Origin: Patescibacteria group bacterium
GTDB taxonomy: Bacteria > Patescibacteriota > Microgenomatia > UBA8517
Direction: 5' to 3'
Assembly: GCA_026416845.1 (NCBI GenBank)
Contig: JAOAEL010000003.1
Span: forward strand, 78,047-142,046
DNA length: 64,000 nucleotides
Below are positions 38,278 to 48,995 of this stretch, piece after piece (position 1 is the stretch's first letter; every line of letters starts with the position of its first letter). Position numbers and translations under genes: made by a program. The notes under the pieces were generated by a model, which made no database searches, was not told the DNA's origin, and saw only the letters and a list, made by a program, of their open reading frames with translations.

Positions 38278-39084
38278 ATGTTGTCTATCCAAAATAATGT
38301 TGGGGTCTTCTTAAAAGAAAACAATCTTGACTTGTTTAAGTTGCTTGTTGTTTTGGCCAAAAAGCATGGGCAACGAATTGATGAGTTTTTTCCTGTTAAT
38401 CGTTTAAGTTCAGTTTACTATGCGATAATTTATACCGTTTTAGATGAAGATCTTGCCTTAATGGCTTTGGGTCAAATTAAAACGGCTTTTAATTGGATAG
38501 ATGGTATAGATGTTGCGATAGAAGGTGGCAATTTTGATGAAAATACTTTTCGTAACCATGAAGCAAAATTAAAATTAGAAAAAGAGGTTCCTACATCATT
38601 TTTAAAGTCGGTTTTGGAGAGAGTAGTTAGCCAATCAGTCCCAATGCTTATTTCTCAGACAAAGTTGTACCAGTATAAGATTGCAAACAACTTGCCATTT
38701 ACAGAAGAGGAAATTGTAAACTATCTTCGTATAAAATCTGCCGATTCTTATATCTATGGCGCCATCTTAGAGGGAATGATACCTGATTATATTTCTATTT
38801 TGCAGTCTCCTTTGTCGAAGTTATGGCAAATCAACGATTTAGTTGATGATTTTATTGATTATGACGATGATAAAAAAGACAACCAGCCCAATGCGTTGTC
38901 TATGATAGAAAATCTTCATGGCAGACAAGAATCTGTTTTTGATTACGCAAAAGCTTTTTTGGCAAGACAAAAAGAAGAGCTTGTAAAATTTGATTTACCA
39001 AAGGAAATTATTTATCTTGCTGATATGCCCAACATTATTGAAAGGGTAGGCATTAAGGTTTTAAGTAGCAGGTTTGGAAACTAG
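38278..39084 (+). CDS. Class I isoprenoid/terpene-synthase-fold protein, cassette copy 2 gene B
   Basis: NWIDGID, YLRIKSAD, WQINDLVDDFIDYDDD...QPNA; colinear with 35936-36784. Confidence 0.65.
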   Translation: MLSIQNNVGVFLKENNLDLFKLLVVLAKKHGQRIDEFFPVNRLSSVYYAIIYTVLDEDLALMALGQIKTAFNWIDGIDVAIEGGNFDENTFRNHEAKLKLEKEVPTSFLKSVLERVVSQSVPMLISQTKLYQYKIANNLPFTEEEIVNYLRIKSADSYIYGAILEGMIPDYISILQSPLSKLWQINDLVDDFIDYDDDKKDNQPNALSMIENLHGRQESVFDYAKAFLARQKEELVKFDLPKEIIYLADMPNIIERVGIKVLSSRFGN

Positions 39085-39239
39085 AAATTAGATTTTGTGC
39101 TTGTTTTTTAATCTAGGAAATTTTTGTCTTTTGTTGTTTTGAGTATTGTCCTTCCTGAATTTGTATCTATTTTCTCTTGATTTGTTGATATGTTTTTGTA
39201 AAAATCTTTTGTGAACAGTTTTTAAAACTTTAAGTAAAC

Positions 39240-39638
39240 ATGAAAGGTTTTCATTCTGATATTGAAACTGAGACAAAAAGCAACACTTGCTTTAGGAAAG
39301 TGTTGTACACGGGTAGGTATAGCCAGCTGGTTTTAATGAGTTTAAAACCGGGAGAAGATATAGGTGAAGAGGTTCATCCTGAAAATGATCAGTTTTTCAG
39401 GATAGACGAAGGCGAAGGAAAATGTGTTATAGATGGCAATGAGTACGAGATTAAAGATGGCGATGCCATAGTTGTGCCTGCGGGGGCAAAACACAATGTT
39501 ATAAACACCTCAAAGACAAAATATCTTAAACTCTACACAATTTATTCGCCACCTCACCATAAAGATGGTATTATTCGCCAAACCAAAGAAGATGCTCTTC
39601 AAAACGAAACCCATTTTGATGGCGAAACCACAGAGTAA
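39240..39638 (+). CDS. Cupin domain protein
   Basis: GEDIGEEVH..NDQFF...GDAIVVPAGAKHNVIN, LYTIYSPPHH. Confidence 0.92.
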   Translation: MKGFHSDIETETKSNTCFRKVLYTGRYSQLVLMSLKPGEDIGEEVHPENDQFFRIDEGEGKCVIDGNEYEIKDGDAIVVPAGAKHNVINTSKTKYLKLYTIYSPPHHKDGIIRQTKEDALQNETHFDGETTE

Positions 39639-39752
39639 AGTTTTGCGCTTTTTAAATTAAATTAGATTTCTTTTAAATTATTTTATCCTTTCAGTAAATT
39701 ATCTTTATTTTCCTAATTAGTTTTGTATTTTGTTTGATGCAAAATTTGCCAC

Positions 39753-39781
39753 TTGCAATTATAGAACAATCGTTCTATAAA
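39753..39781 (+). promoter_or_regulatory. Sigma70 promoter with a palindromic operator between -35 and -10
   Basis: TTGCAA-17 bp-TATAAA; perfect inverted repeat TTATAGAAC-AATC-GTTCTATAA at 39759-39780. Confidence 0.75.
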
Positions 39782-39810
39782 TATTTCGTTTCAGAAAGGA
39801 GGTGAAGAAA

Positions 39811-40485
39811 GTGAGAAAAGCAATAACGTTTTTCTTTTTAGCGTTTTTGGCAATTGTTTTTGCCCCCAATAGCGCCTTCGCGTCTAGTGGAAACACGGTT
39901 GGTTATGTCAGAGTTTTGCATGCGTCTCCAGACGCTCCGTCTGTTGATGTGTATGTAAACGACAAAAAAGTGCTTTCAAATGTTGCCTTTGGAGCTAATT
40001 CTGAATATTTGGCTCTTAATAAAGGAACTTACAATGTGAAAGTTACTCCAGCCGGAACAAAAGTTCCTGTGGTGATAAATCAGGATATTCATGTGCAACG
40101 TGGCAAGTACTATACTGTGGCCGCGACGGGAAACTTGTCAAGCATATCGGCAACTGTATTGCGCGATAAAAATAAGCTTACCAAAAAGGACGATTTTGCT
40201 CGTGTCAGATTTGTGCATTTTTCTCCTGATGCGCCCAGAGTGGATATTGCCACTGCCGATGGCAAGGTAATTTTCTCTGATGTTGGCTTTGGGGAGAGAA
40301 ATAAGTACAAATCTTTGCCATCTGGAACCTATAATTTACAGGTAAGATTGGCGGGGACTAATACTGTTGTTCTTAATGTTCCCGGTGTAACAATATCTGA
40401 GGGCAAGTCTTATTCTATATTTGCGCTTGGGAGAGCGACAGGAAGCCCAAATCTTTTTGCAAAAGTTGTGCTTGATAGAGAATAA
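39811..40485 (+). CDS. Secreted DUF4397-like tandem-domain protein
   Basis: Signal peptide (AFA); VRVLHASPDAPSVDV repeated as VRFVHFSPDAPRVDI; SD AGGAGGTG precedes the GTG at 39811. Confidence 0.88.
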   Translation: MRKAITFFFLAFLAIVFAPNSAFASSGNTVGYVRVLHASPDAPSVDVYVNDKKVLSNVAFGANSEYLALNKGTYNVKVTPAGTKVPVVINQDIHVQRGKYYTVAATGNLSSISATVLRDKNKLTKKDDFARVRFVHFSPDAPRVDIATADGKVIFSDVGFGERNKYKSLPSGTYNLQVRLAGTNTVVLNVPGVTISEGKSYSIFALGRATGSPNLFAKVVLDRE

Positions 40486-40500
40486 CTTTTGCAATTATTA

Positions 40501-40545
40501 TACGCCCGATGTGTTTTTATTTAATGCATTCGGGCGTATTTTATT
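40501..40545 (+). terminator. Putative intrinsic terminator hairpin
   Basis: TACGCCCGA...TCGGGCGTA followed by TTTTATT, just after the DUF4397 stop. Confidence 0.6.
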
Positions 40546-40548
40546 ATT

Positions 40549-41115
40549 ATGAAAAATCTTGAAAACAAAAATAAAATTTTGGAGAAACTGGAAGAAGTAT
40601 ATGCGAGAAACGGCGCTGATGGAGCCACAATGCGGTCATTGGCTAAAAAAATAGGCATTTCTCAATCTGTTTTGTACTATTATTTTGAAAATAAAGAGCA
40701 AATGCTTAGAGAAATGTTTGATTATTCAAGAAAAAAACTAAGTATAAAACGCAAGAAATTAAGATTGAACTTGCCTTTTGATCAGTCGTTGTTGGAAAGG
40801 ATTATTTTTCAGCTTGAGAATTCATGCTCTGTTGTGGCAATTTTAAAATATTTTCTAGAGCATAAATCAGTTTTTAACAAAAACGATTTTGGTTATATTC
40901 CTAAAACAGCATATCTTCACATAAAAGAGATATTGGAAATTGGCATAGAAAGGAAAGAGATAAAAAATGTAAGCGATATCGACGCTGACGCAAAAGTTAT
41001 AACCCATGCAATCAATGGCTTTGTGCTTGAATATTATCCTTCAAATTTGACTAAATCCGAAGCAAGAAGCATTGCTGTCAGAATTAGAGATTTTGTAATG
41101 AGGGCCGTTTTGTGA
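40549..41115 (+). CDS. TetR/AcrR family transcriptional regulator
   Basis: GADGATMRSLAKKIGISQSVLYYYFENKEQML helix-turn-helix. Confidence 0.92.
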   Translation: MKNLENKNKILEKLEEVYARNGADGATMRSLAKKIGISQSVLYYYFENKEQMLREMFDYSRKKLSIKRKKLRLNLPFDQSLLERIIFQLENSCSVVAILKYFLEHKSVFNKNDFGYIPKTAYLHIKEILEIGIERKEIKNVSDIDADAKVITHAINGFVLEYYPSNLTKSEARSIAVRIRDFVMRAVL

Positions 41116-41231
41116 TAATGGTGTTTTATATCAAAACTGATCTTTAATCGTGTTGTTATCTAGTTTTTAAATAAGCAAAAATGATTTCCTCTGTGCAAAA
41201 GAAAAAACTTCTAGATAACTATCTGGCAATT

Positions 41232-42056
41232 TTATTCAGACTTTTTGACAACTATCGTGTAATCTTGATTGCTGAAGTTTGGTTCTTTGATTACAACTAC
41301 ATTCGTATTCCTTCTTAGACTATTCAGGCCAGCATTTTCTATTAATGGATTCACGCAATAGTCTATTGCTAAATGTCCATTTTCATTTAAAACATCGATT
41401 GTTCTTTTTATAAAAGCTTGGAGTTTTTTTACATCTTCTTCAAATGCATCAATCATTCCTCCGCCTGCATCACAGATTACAAAGTCTGCTTTACGTCCAG
41501 AGAGAATTATTTCCATCTTTTCCCATGTTGTTTGGTCATTTATATCTCCATGTATATAATAAATTCCGTTTCCAGCATCTTCTTCTATTTCTTCTTGGCT
41601 TCTTAAATCTTCTCCTAGTCCAACTGCTATGTAAATCCCCGTAGGGGCGCCTCTTTTTTTAAGACTTTTGATCATTTCAGGTCCTGATAAAAGATCTATA
41701 ACTACAACAGGTCGTCCCTCTTTTTTGTGAAGTTGTTCTAGCGCTGACTTAAGCGGTTCAAGTTCGTTTGTAGGTAGTCTAAGTGCGTCTGCCAGCGCCG
41801 ATTCAGTGTTTGCGTATAACGCTCGGCCATATGTTGGATATGCTATGCGGTTCGGGTTTAATTCTGAGGACTGATGTACAGGTTTTAGCAGGCCATTCAG
41901 AATAAGCATACCGGTATGTCTGGTCATCTTGCCGCTATCTATTTGTTCCATCATAATTTGCTTGATTGTTTCTATGACTGGGCGATTATTTTCTTGATTA
42001 TTTGTCTCTCCCTCTTTGCCTGTTTGAAGATCTGCAAAAGAATGACTTTCTGACAT
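41232..42056 (-). CDS. Hypothetical protein with a class I SAM-methyltransferase-like fold
   Basis: VVVIDLLSG, YIHGDIND, ADFVICD, LNENGHLAI follow the Rossmann MTase strand order. Confidence 0.5.
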   Translation of the reverse strand: MSESHSFADLQTGKEGETNNQENNRPVIETIKQIMMEQIDSGKMTRHTGMLILNGLLKPVHQSSELNPNRIAYPTYGRALYANTESALADALRLPTNELEPLKSALEQLHKKEGRPVVVIDLLSGPEMIKSLKKRGAPTGIYIAVGLGEDLRSQEEIEEDAGNGIYYIHGDINDQTTWEKMEIILSGRKADFVICDAGGGMIDAFEEDVKKLQAFIKRTIDVLNENGHLAIDYCVNPLIENAGLNSLRRNTNVVVIKEPNFSNQDYTIVVKKSE

Positions 42057-42407
42057 ATTAGTTGTTTTGTTTTATTTTGAATGGCAAATGATAGATAAAT
42101 TATAGCTTTATATCATAATAGCCTAATATGGAAATTGGTGATTGTCCAACCAATTCAGATTTAAATCATGGCAAGTTTACAAAAGATGCAGGAAAGGGAA
42201 AAATTCGAGTTTAAAATAATTTTATGTGAAAGATTAAGTTATCAAGAGAAAACTTGTTATTTGAGACAAAGTTTTTGTGAAAAACATTTTTAGGTACAGG
42301 AACTATCCTGTAGATAAAATTTAGATCATTATAGTTATTCTTTAACTAAGATTTTTGATTTTGGTGGTAAGTGGTAAATAAACTCTAATAAGTTACAATT
42401 GTTTAAA

Positions 42408-44381
42408 ATGGCACTTAATAATGATCAAGACAGTTCAAATCTAAAGAATTACACTTTTTAAATGAGACAAGGAAGAAAGTGCAACCTTCAAGCTTTCTCG
42501 ACAGCGAACCTGGATTAAGCGAAACCTTGTTACCTAGAAACGAAGTTTTGCAGAAAAACATTTTTGCACGCAGTAGAAAAACAAAATCCTTGACTCTATT
42601 AACTTTGGTTGCAGTTCCTGTTGTAGCTTTGTTAAATTATCTTTTATTTACTAATCAAACTAGCCAATTTGAATTGCCTTTGAATAATCTGGAAACTATT
42701 GATCAAGCTGTTAAAGATGATTACATTACACCGATAAACAATAATAGTACTTTCTACCAAATTGATGGTACCAAAGACTTGAAAGTCAAGGACACTAAAA
42801 AGCTTTTCGTTAAATTTGGCAGTAAAAAGTTTATTTACCCTCCGCTTTATTTTGATCGCGATATTGATGATAAAGCTTATCATCAACTTAATGATAAAAG
42901 TTTGCAATCTTTTGAATTTTATAAAGTTGGAGAAGTTTTTGGGATTGCGGAATCTGATAACAAAATTGGAGATTTGATTCTGGTAGAGTTTAAACCTGAT
43001 TGGCATTGTAAGGGATTAATTGTGAAGATAAATTTTATTTGCGGTATATTAAAAGCAAAAAAAGGTAAATTTTTTGCCCAAAATATCATTTGATGATTCA
43101 GACTTTGAGGATTATTTCTCCAAAATCAACCCTTTCAAAACAAAAGGTCTTAAGTTAAATGTTGACAGTTTTAGCACAATTCCTGTTTTGGAATATCATC
43201 GAGAAATTATGGTTGGTGATGATGCTCAAATTTTAAAGTTTGACAAAGAACATGAGGGATTATTAGATAAAAGCAAATTAGTTAAATTTTTTAACCACTC
43301 GGTGTTTGGCGATGTATACATGATAAAGCCCGGTTTTGGTTTGAGAGTTGGTTTTATTTATGATGAAGAAAACGCAAAAATTATTTACAATTTACCAGCT
43401 GTAAGGGTCCTGAATGTTTTTTGAAAAATTACTTTTTTATATTTAGATCAGATGGCATTTTTTGACTTTTGTATATAGGCCTGATTTTCTTGTCAAAGAC
43501 ATAGTTTGGAACGATAATAGCAAAGTTGAATTTGATTATTATTCCTTCACTGCTTGCGGTTGTAAGCACCTTGCTCTTAATGATATTAAAGATTTGATAA
43601 AAATTGACAGGGTGCTGGGTAAAGGTTATTTAATGTACGGTTTGAAAGAAAGAAATCATCAGATACTTCGTAGTTTTTACATTTCTTATAGCAAGCATTT
43701 TAAAGATATTGCCATTTTCCCGAATGAATCAGAAAGAGATATAAAATCTTTTGATGATTTTGTCAATTCTAAGCCAATGTTTTTCTGGAGAGATAATTTT
43801 GGGAGATTAATTCAGTTCAGTAGTCATGAATTCATACTCCCGCTTTTTTGTGAACCCATAATATATCTTTATTCCGAGAAAGAAACTAAGCATTGGCAGG
43901 AAAGTTAAGGTAACTGACTCGCATCCTTACTAAGATGGTGGATGGAATTTGGTGGTTTCTCCTTCAGGAAGTATTAAAGACAAAAAAAGCGAGAGAGTTT
44001 ACCCTTATCTCTTTTGGGAAGGTTGTTCTTTTGTGTTTCGGCAAAAGAGGGGAGGCTTTGTTGTCGAGAGGGAAGATGTTGAAGACTTTTTATCAAGCGC
44101 TTTGATTAAACTTGGTTTAAACGAAAAAGAGAAAGATGATTTTCTTTTGGCTTGGTTGCCAAAATTTCAAGACTCTCCTTATTACTTTATTACCTTTTTA
44201 GAAAAAGACTATGTTGACAGACTTTTCCTGTAAATGTTTTACCCCAAGCCTGATACTTTCATCAGGGTATTTATGGATTTTATCCTTATCTGTGCCGGTT
44301 GCAGTAAAAGATCCCTTACTGAAAGACTCGCCTACTAGAAAAGGCTTTACTGTGGTTGAGTGGGGAGTAGCAAGGAGGTAA
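42408..44381 (+). pseudogene. Multiply disrupted gene for a membrane-anchored conserved hypothetical protein
   Basis: Successive fragments in different frames piece together one family pattern: PIIYLY, YPYLFWEG, LGLNEKE, WLP, PKPDT.IRVFM, GFTVVEWG. Confidence 0.75.
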
Positions 44382-44636
44382 GCCAATCTGTTGACCTTGG
44401 TAGATTATTTATTTCTGTTCTAAACGGACCATTGGTTAATTGTTGATGTTTGTTGTGCATTTACTCAAACTGCTAGTTTTTTCCGAGAATCATAATTGGG
44501 TGAAGACAGCAACTCTGTTAGCAGTTCGTCATTGCTTTTGGATTGTATTTCTGCACCCGGTCTACTGCCTTTGGGTTGGAAGATTTGGGGTGGCGAAATT
44601 GTTTTTTAACCTTCGTCATTGTTAAAGTTATTATTG

Positions 44637-44888
44637 TCATATTTTTTTATCTTTTCTTTCGAATATAGGAGTTGATTGGTTTTTTTCTGGTCCAAGTTCT
44701 TTATATGCTATAGATCCTTCAGATTTATATTTCAAATATTGTAGTATTTTTAGGTATTTGGGTTGTACGAAAGTAGATATTCTTTTTACTCCTCTTTCTT
44801 TTGCTATTGTTTCTGTTAATTCTGTTAAAAGTATTCCGTAGACCTTATTTTGATGTTCTAAAGGTACGCCTATGTCTTCTATTATCAT
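44637..44888 (-). pseudogene. Possible GNAT-like gene remnant
   Basis: IGVPLEHQNKVYGILL resembles GNAT motif A; an in-frame stop lies shortly upstream. Confidence 0.35.
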
Positions 44889-45000
44889 GGAATTACCGTC
44901 TTTTGTGGAAAACTTAATTCTTCAAACTTTTCTGTGTTTATATCTAAATCTTGATTTTTGTCTTGTTTTTGGTTTTTTGTTAGTTGTTTTGCTGAGTTGA

Positions 45001-45765
45001 TTATTCTCGAGGTTTGCCTCTAATTTCTTCTAGAAATTTTCTGAATTTTTTTAACATTTCTCTCTCTTGATATCTTTTTGCTACTTCATAACCCATCTCT
45101 TGCAAATGCTTTATTATGATCTCAATTTCTTTCTCCCTCGCTTCCTCCTCTGTTATTTTGCCTTCCTCTCTTTGTTTTTTTACACTTTCTATTTTTCCTA
45201 GTAGCTCATCCAGAAAACGAACACTTGAACCAACACCTTCTTCTTTACACTGTTTGTAAGCTTCTAGAGCCTGAAGTTTGGCACGAATCTCACTTTCAAG
45301 GTGTTCTTCTTCGTTCATGCTTCTTGGTTTACCTTCTTTATTAGCTATTTCTTGTAAGTCTCGGAAGTGTGACCATTCTTCAGCTAGCACAGCATAAATA
45401 TATGCTGGGTTGTGTCTTTTCAGAATAAAACTTGAATCTATCCTGATTTGTATTAAACCTTCTTCGGAGATGTAAACTTCCGCGTTATTGGAGGGGGTTT
45501 TTGATTGTTTTGGTATTTCTCCAACTACTACTTGGTCGGCAAAGTTTTCACCTTTCCTTATAGATTCATAACCTTTTGCTATCTCTGCCAATTTGCCTCC
45601 TCTGGTTTTCATGTCTTGGATATAGCTTAATAATTTTAGGGCTGCTTCTCTTATTTCTTGTTGTTTGTTTGCATCTTCAGCTTTCTGCCCTTGAGCGGGA
45701 GCGTTTTCGTTTTCTGCGTTTTGGTTTGGAAATGGTTCGCTATCAGGATCCATAGCATTTTGCAT
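45001..45765 (-). CDS. Hypothetical protein with a zincin-like EExxH motif
   Basis: AVLAEEWSHF followed by ESEIRA. Confidence 0.6.
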   Translation of the reverse strand: MQNAMDPDSEPFPNQNAENENAPAQGQKAEDANKQQEIREAALKLLSYIQDMKTRGGKLAEIAKGYESIRKGENFADQVVVGEIPKQSKTPSNNAEVYISEEGLIQIRIDSSFILKRHNPAYIYAVLAEEWSHFRDLQEIANKEGKPRSMNEEEHLESEIRAKLQALEAYKQCKEEGVGSSVRFLDELLGKIESVKKQREEGKITEEEAREKEIEIIIKHLQEMGYEVAKRYQEREMLKKFRKFLEEIRGKPRE

Positions 45766-45954
45766 TTTATGATATTGTGTTTAGCGCTTTTTTGCAATAA
45801 TATTGTTTTTAAGTTTACTTGTATATATAATGATTGTACTTGGGTTTTAGTTTTGTCTGCTCTATCTTGACTTGTAGTGCGAAGAATTAAAGTTATTAAA
45901 TCTTTTACTAATAACTAAAAATATATTTTTTTATATTATTTATATTAATGTTTT

Positions 45955-46809
45955 ATGTTTAAAACAACTCTTTATCTTTCGGTTTTAACCGGGCTTTTAA
46001 TATTTGTGGGATACCTTCTTGGTGGAAAGGGAGGCATGTTTGTGGCATTTTTGATTTCTTTAACCATGAACATTGGTAGCTACTGGTTCTCGGACAAAAT
46101 CGTTTTGGCAATGCATGGAGCTAAACAAATTACAGAGAAGAAAAACAAAGAAATTTTTGAAATGACTAGAACACTTTGTAAGTCTGCGGGTATTCCTATG
46201 CCCAAGCTTTATATTTATGAAAGCGCCACTCCAAATGCTTTTGCAACAGGAAGAGATTATAATCATTCAGCTGTTGCGTTAAGTACTGGTTTGTTGTCTC
46301 TTTTGGACAAAAGAGAGCTTCGTGGGGTGATTGCCCATGAACTTGCGCATATTAAAAACAGAGATATTTTGATTTCATCTGTGGCAGCAACAATTGGTGG
46401 GGCCTTGTCTGTTATTGTTGAGATGTCTTACGGTTTGGGAGCTATGCTTTTTCCTTCAAATAATGATGAGGAAAATTCAAATCCTATTGCCGGTCTTGTG
46501 GTTGCTATTATTGCGCCAATTGTAGCGATGCTTATCCAGTTTGCCATATCAAGGTCTAGAGAGTTTGAAGCGGATGCAACAGGAGCGAAAATTGCCAATG
46601 ATACGCAAGGATTGTCTTTAGCTCTTGCTAAATTGCATTCAACGCAAGCAAAGCAACTTTTCATGCGTGATCAACACCACGCGGCTCATATAGCTAGCGC
46701 TCATATGTATATTGCAAATCCTTTATCTTCTATTGGCAATTTATTTTCTACTCACCCTCCTGTTAAAGAAAGGATAGAAAAACTTAAAAAATTAGTTTTA
46801 ATTAATTAA
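45955..46809 (+). CDS. htpX: Zinc metalloprotease HtpX (M48)
   Basis: PNAFATGR, GVIAHELAH, SRSREFEAD, FSTHPP. Confidence 0.96.
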   Translation: MFKTTLYLSVLTGLLIFVGYLLGGKGGMFVAFLISLTMNIGSYWFSDKIVLAMHGAKQITEKKNKEIFEMTRTLCKSAGIPMPKLYIYESATPNAFATGRDYNHSAVALSTGLLSLLDKRELRGVIAHELAHIKNRDILISSVAATIGGALSVIVEMSYGLGAMLFPSNNDEENSNPIAGLVVAIIAPIVAMLIQFAISRSREFEADATGAKIANDTQGLSLALAKLHSTQAKQLFMRDQHHAAHIASAHMYIANPLSSIGNLFSTHPPVKERIEKLKKLVLIN

Positions 46810-46850
46810 CATTTTGTGTTATTTATAGGTTTATTTTAGGTATTTTGTAA

Positions 46851-48815
46851 CTAGTTTTTATTTACAAAGGAATGTGCAATTGTTTTTTGATATTGTAAAT
46901 ATGCGTTTGGATTTTCTTTTATTATTTCTTCCAAAGAACTTTCATTTTTGGATATAAGTTTTAGTTGTTGATGAATTATTCTTTTTATTTCTTTTTTTAC
47001 TATTTTGTTTTGTTTTAGCAAATGTAGCAATTTTTTGAAGTAATTAATTACTTCCTTACTTGTTATAATTCTGGCTTTTAAGAGAGATATTCTTTCTTTT
47101 ATAATTTTTTCTTCGGATTTTTTAAATATAGATTTGGCAAATGGTATTTTTACCATTAATAACTTTAATGTTTCAATTTGTTCTTTGAATGATGATTTAG
47201 AAGAAATTAAACCTCCTTTTTGGTAAGATCTGCCTTTGTAAACTTCTGGATATTCCAAAGCGTCTTCTTGCATGTCAAGTTCGACATCAAAATCATAATA
47301 GACATTTTCACTTATATATCCTTCTTCAAAAAGCTTATCAAGGCAGTTTTTTTCTATTTCTAGTGATTGTATTTTTAGGCATTTTGATATTGTTTTTCCT
47401 TTTGAAAGTTGAAAAAGCCTTTTTTTATGCATTTCTTGTTCTTTAGATAAGTTTTGAGTGATTTCTCTTAGTATTGATTCTTCTACCTCATCTTTATAAA
47501 TATTTTTGATAATTCCTTTTGCTTCTTCTAAATCATATATTCTTTTTTCTTCAAGAAGCACTTCTTCTTCTTTTTTAGGTAAATGAAGTTTTAAATTTAA
47601 GAGAAGAGATCTTATTGTTAAACCATTCACAAAAAGAGTAAACAAAAAAACACCCAAAGTAAAAGCAAACATTGTGTCGTAAAAGGCATAATTTTTGGGT
47701 AATGAATAAACAAGGACTAATGGAATTACGCCCCTAAGACCACCCCAATTTAAAACATGTTGCCATGATAGAGGTATATTGGGTTCATCTGCAAAAAAAC
47801 GGAGATTGTTTGTTATCAAACAACTTAGATAAACAGATATAGATCTGGCTATAAGCACTGCTATTATTGCCACTATTATTTGGTTAAAGCTTTCTTTAAA
47901 AATAGACAAATCTATAGTAAAAGTTGCGAAAAAGAAGACTATAGAGACCGAGACAAAGGCAAAAAATTCCCATAGTTCTTCTTCAAATTTTTTGACTTCC
48001 GATGCAATTTTTGTTCTACCCAAATTTCCTAAGATAATTGCTGACATTACTGAACTTATAACACCCGAAAGACCAAAAAAAGTTTCTGCAACAGAGAAAG
48101 ATCCTAAGGCGACTGCGACTGTTAGCGATGTTACGATTAATTGTTCATTTTTAAAACTTTGTATAACTTTTGCAGTTATGTATCCTATGAAAGCTCCAAA
48201 TAATATACTTCCAAAAAAAACGTATAAAAATGTCCCCAAACTTATAATTGCCTGATTTGCGTTAAAAGAATAATTACCTGAAATTACAAGTGCCGATATT
48301 AACCTAAATGTTATTACCGCAGTTGCATCATTTAACATGCTTTCACCATCTGCGATTAATGCAAGTCTTCTGGGTGCCCCTAAAGATTTGAACATTGAAA
48401 TTACAGCAATTGGATCTGTTGAAGAAATAATTGCGCCAAACAAAAGAGCATCAGCCCATGGCATGTTTAAAAAAATTGCCAAAATAAAGCTGATTGTAAA
48501 TATTGAAAGCAAAAGCCCAAATGTTGCGAGAAAGGATATGGTTTTAAATTGTAGTTTAAACTGATGCAAATTAATGTGAAAAGCAGATTCAAATAATAAA
48601 ATTGGGAGAAGAACATAATAAATAAATTCTGAAGATATGTTTAAATGTAAATTTAATCCTGAATATTTCGAAATGAATTGAGCTACAAGTCCTATGCTGA
48701 GTAATAAAACTGTATATGGTAAAAATTGCAGCTTTTTTGTTAAACGATAAGAGAGAGATATTAGGACTAAGAAAAAAGCAGCAAATAAACTGGTTACGAT
48801 TATAGCATGTTCCAT
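46851..48815 (-). CDS. CPA1 family Na+/H+ antiporter
   Basis: LLPILLFESA, STDPIAV, GESMLND, WGGLRG. Confidence 0.93.
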   Translation of the reverse strand: MEHAIIVTSLFAAFFLVLISLSYRLTKKLQFLPYTVLLLSIGLVAQFISKYSGLNLHLNISSEFIYYVLLPILLFESAFHINLHQFKLQFKTISFLATFGLLLSIFTISFILAIFLNMPWADALLFGAIISSTDPIAVISMFKSLGAPRRLALIADGESMLNDATAVITFRLISALVISGNYSFNANQAIISLGTFLYVFFGSILFGAFIGYITAKVIQSFKNEQLIVTSLTVAVALGSFSVAETFFGLSGVISSVMSAIILGNLGRTKIASEVKKFEEELWEFFAFVSVSIVFFFATFTIDLSIFKESFNQIIVAIIAVLIARSISVYLSCLITNNLRFFADEPNIPLSWQHVLNWGGLRGVIPLVLVYSLPKNYAFYDTMFAFTLGVFLFTLFVNGLTIRSLLLNLKLHLPKKEEEVLLEEKRIYDLEEAKGIIKNIYKDEVEESILREITQNLSKEQEMHKKRLFQLSKGKTISKCLKIQSLEIEKNCLDKLFEEGYISENVYYDFDVELDMQEDALEYPEVYKGRSYQKGGLISSKSSFKEQIETLKLLMVKIPFAKSIFKKSEEKIIKERISLLKARIITSKEVINYFKKLLHLLKQNKIVKKEIKRIIHQQLKLISKNESSLEEIIKENPNAYLQYQKTIAHSFVNKN

Positions 48816-48995
48816 GTCTTTATGGTTTTTTGCCTGTTTTAGGAATACTTAACACTTATTTGTTTAAAATGTTTTAATTATTAAGCATATATAAGGTATA
48901 GTGAAAAAATATTTTTAGCAACATTTTTTAACATATATAATTGTTATCAATTTTAATTACTAATTAATATTTAACATAAATTTATAAAAACAAAA

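Noticed and set aside
37878-45879. ACTTGTAGTG shared by two intergenic regions (about 37878 and 45870)
   Set aside because: Only 10 bp and two copies; not distinguishable from chance, and a poor match to the NrdR box.
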